Shown here piece by piece: positions 37,198-38,659 of a stretch of DNA of 38,659 nucleotides. The notes beneath the pieces were generated by a model. It had not been told where the DNA came from, ran no database searches, and saw only the letters and a program-made list of their open reading frames with translations. The translations under genes and the position numbers were made by a program. Source of the stretch: an uncultured Lachnospiraceae bacterium (GTDB lineage: Bacteria > Bacillota > Clostridia > Lachnospirales > Lachnospiraceae); the NCBI GenBank assembly GCA_902797665.1, contig CADBUA010000248.1, positions 1 through 38,659 of the forward strand. Reading direction: 5' to 3'. Within the stretch, counting starts at the first letter, position 1. Every line of letters begins with the position of its first letter.

Positions 37198-38658
37198 TCA
37201 GGAATCCCCGAGGGTGCCGGCCGCCTCAAAGTATTTCAGGAGATAGACGAACTCCTCCCGGTACTCATCGGATGTGAGGCCTTTCAAAGATTCCCTGACG
37301 TCCTCATAGCTGCTGTCTCCGGCATACTCACTTCCCCGAAGAAGCATCCCTGTCTCCGCGACACCCGCGGCCCAGGTCATGTTGTCACTCATCTCTTCCC
37401 TCTCCATCGCGGAGGTGACCGGAAGTTCCTGCAGAATGCTTCCCCCCGCATTCTCTTCCGCGTCAGGATTCTGGTAGCGGATGCTGACAGTCAGGTACTC
37501 TTCCCCGCCGGAGAGTTCCGCCTCTGTCAAGGACTCCGTCTCTGTGTAGCGGCTGTGCGCGGAGGGGATCTCCATGGAGGAGCCGGTCATGACCAGCTCA
37601 TAGAGAACCGTCACCTGCTGCCCGGCGCCGACTTCCCCGCCATCCTTGCTGTCATCCATAAAGTCCGCATCGTCCATTGCCCGGTTCTCATACCCGATCA
37701 GACGATATCCCTTTACCACCGCCGGGTTGAAGTCGACCTGAATCTTGGCATCCTTCGCCACCGTATTCAGTGTCCCCTTCATGGCCCCGCCGAGGGTTCG
37801 GCGTGCCTCAATGCTGCTGTCGATATAGCTGTAGTTCCCGTTTCCTTCGTCGGCAAGCCGCTCCGCCAGCGCATCGTTATAATTTCCCTCTCCCAGGCCA
37901 AAGATCGAGAGGAAGATCTCTTCCCCGGCGGATTTCTTCACCAGGTCCACCAGCTCCGTATCATCGGTCTGGCCCAGGTTGAAGTCTCCATCGGTGAAAA
38001 GCAGGACGCGGTTGTTTCCACCCTCCAGGAAAGTCTCCCGGGCGAGTTCGTAAGCCTTTCGGATCCCGCCTTCTCCGTAGGTTCCCCCGCCCGCTTCAAG
38101 AGACTCCAGGACCTCACAGATCCTTTCCTTGCCCTCTTCTGTACAGGACTCGCCCTTCAGCGCGACCTCAGAGCTTCCCGCGTAGGTCACGATGGAGATC
38201 GTGTCCTCCGGTCCCAGACTCGGGATCAGATACTCCAGAGAGCTGACCGCAAGAGGAAGCTTGTCCTGATCGTACATGGATCCGGACGTATCGATGAGAA
38301 GAACCAGGTTCTGGTCAGGAATCTCCTCCTCCGGGATATCCCTGGCATTCAGGCCGATCAGCATGAGCCTGGTTTCCTGATTCCAGGGGCAGTCCGAGAT
38401 CTCCGCGGTGATCTGGAAGAGGTCCTCTTCCGGCTCGGGATAGTCGTAGCTGAAGTAGTTGATCATCTCCTCAATCCGAACCCCGTCCCTGGGCATCCAG
38501 GACATGGTGTCGTTCAGTGCGTTTCTCCGGAGCAGCGTGTAGGAGGCGGTATCCACATCCATCCCGAAAGTGGAGAGCGGGTTCTGGGAAGTCAGCTGGA
38601 AGCCACTTTCCTGCACCGTCCCGTACTCCTCTGTATTCCAGTTCATTCCGGCAGGTTC
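37198..38658 (-). CDS. vWA-domain protein (YfbK / DUF3520 type), 5' end beyond the window
   Basis: PLSTFGMDVDTASY, VRIEEMINYF, MIDAS residues DTSGS...GGT...TDG, YRLIGYENR; frame open to the window edge. Confidence 0.88.
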   Translation of the reverse strand, partial: EPAGMNWNTEEYGTVQESGFQLTSQNPLSTFGMDVDTASYTLLRRNALNDTMSWMPRDGVRIEEMINYFSYDYPEPEEDLFQITAEISDCPWNQETRLMLIGLNARDIPEEEIPDQNLVLLIDTSGSMYDQDKLPLAVSSLEYLIPSLGPEDTISIVTYAGSSEVALKGESCTEEGKERICEVLESLEAGGGTYGEGGIRKAYELARETFLEGGNNRVLLFTDGDFNLGQTDDTELVDLVKKSAGEEIFLSIFGLGEGNYNDALAERLADEGNGNYSYIDSSIEARRTLGGAMKGTLNTVAKDAKIQVDFNPAVVKGYRLIGYENRAMDDADFMDDSKDGGEVGAGQQVTVLYELVMTGSSMEIPSAHSRYTETESLTEAELSGGEEYLTVSIRYQNPDAEENAGGSILQELPVTSAMEREEMSDNMTWAAGVAETGMLLRGSEYAGDSSYEDVRESLKGLTSDEYREEFVYLLKYFEAAGTLGDS

Positions 38659-38659
38659 A

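Overview
GC-rich chromosomal segment that looks like a Clostridia (Lachnospiraceae-like) genome, inferred from gene content. On the minus strand: a type IVa pilus cluster (pilB, pilT, pilC, minor pilin, pilD, pilM, and a truncated pilN-like gene missed by the ORF track); a TIGR03960 radical SAM / TIGR03936 / RNase E/G cluster; an unusual three-gene unit (DUF2974 lipase-like, membrane protein with GrpE-like C-terminus, atypical Hsp70-fold ATPase with a hydrophobic hairpin); a secreted clostripain-family protease with a 39-bp tandem repeat, preceded by a 50-aa small ORF; a C69 dipeptidase, an LTA synthase-family protein, a Zn-finger membrane protein, aroC, a lactonase and a truncated vWA protein. 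On the plus strand: an Hpt protein, an XRE-cupin regulator, potABCD and a RluA-family pseudouridine synthase. Two observations stand out. First, a dispersed ~140-160 bp modular intergenic element with inverted ends and an internal hairpin occurs as about 11 full or partial copies, and its orientation follows local gene direction. Second, the lipase / GrpE-like / Hsp70-like membrane module. No rRNA, tRNA, CRISPR array or transposase was found. All family calls come from motif recognition by eye, not database searches.
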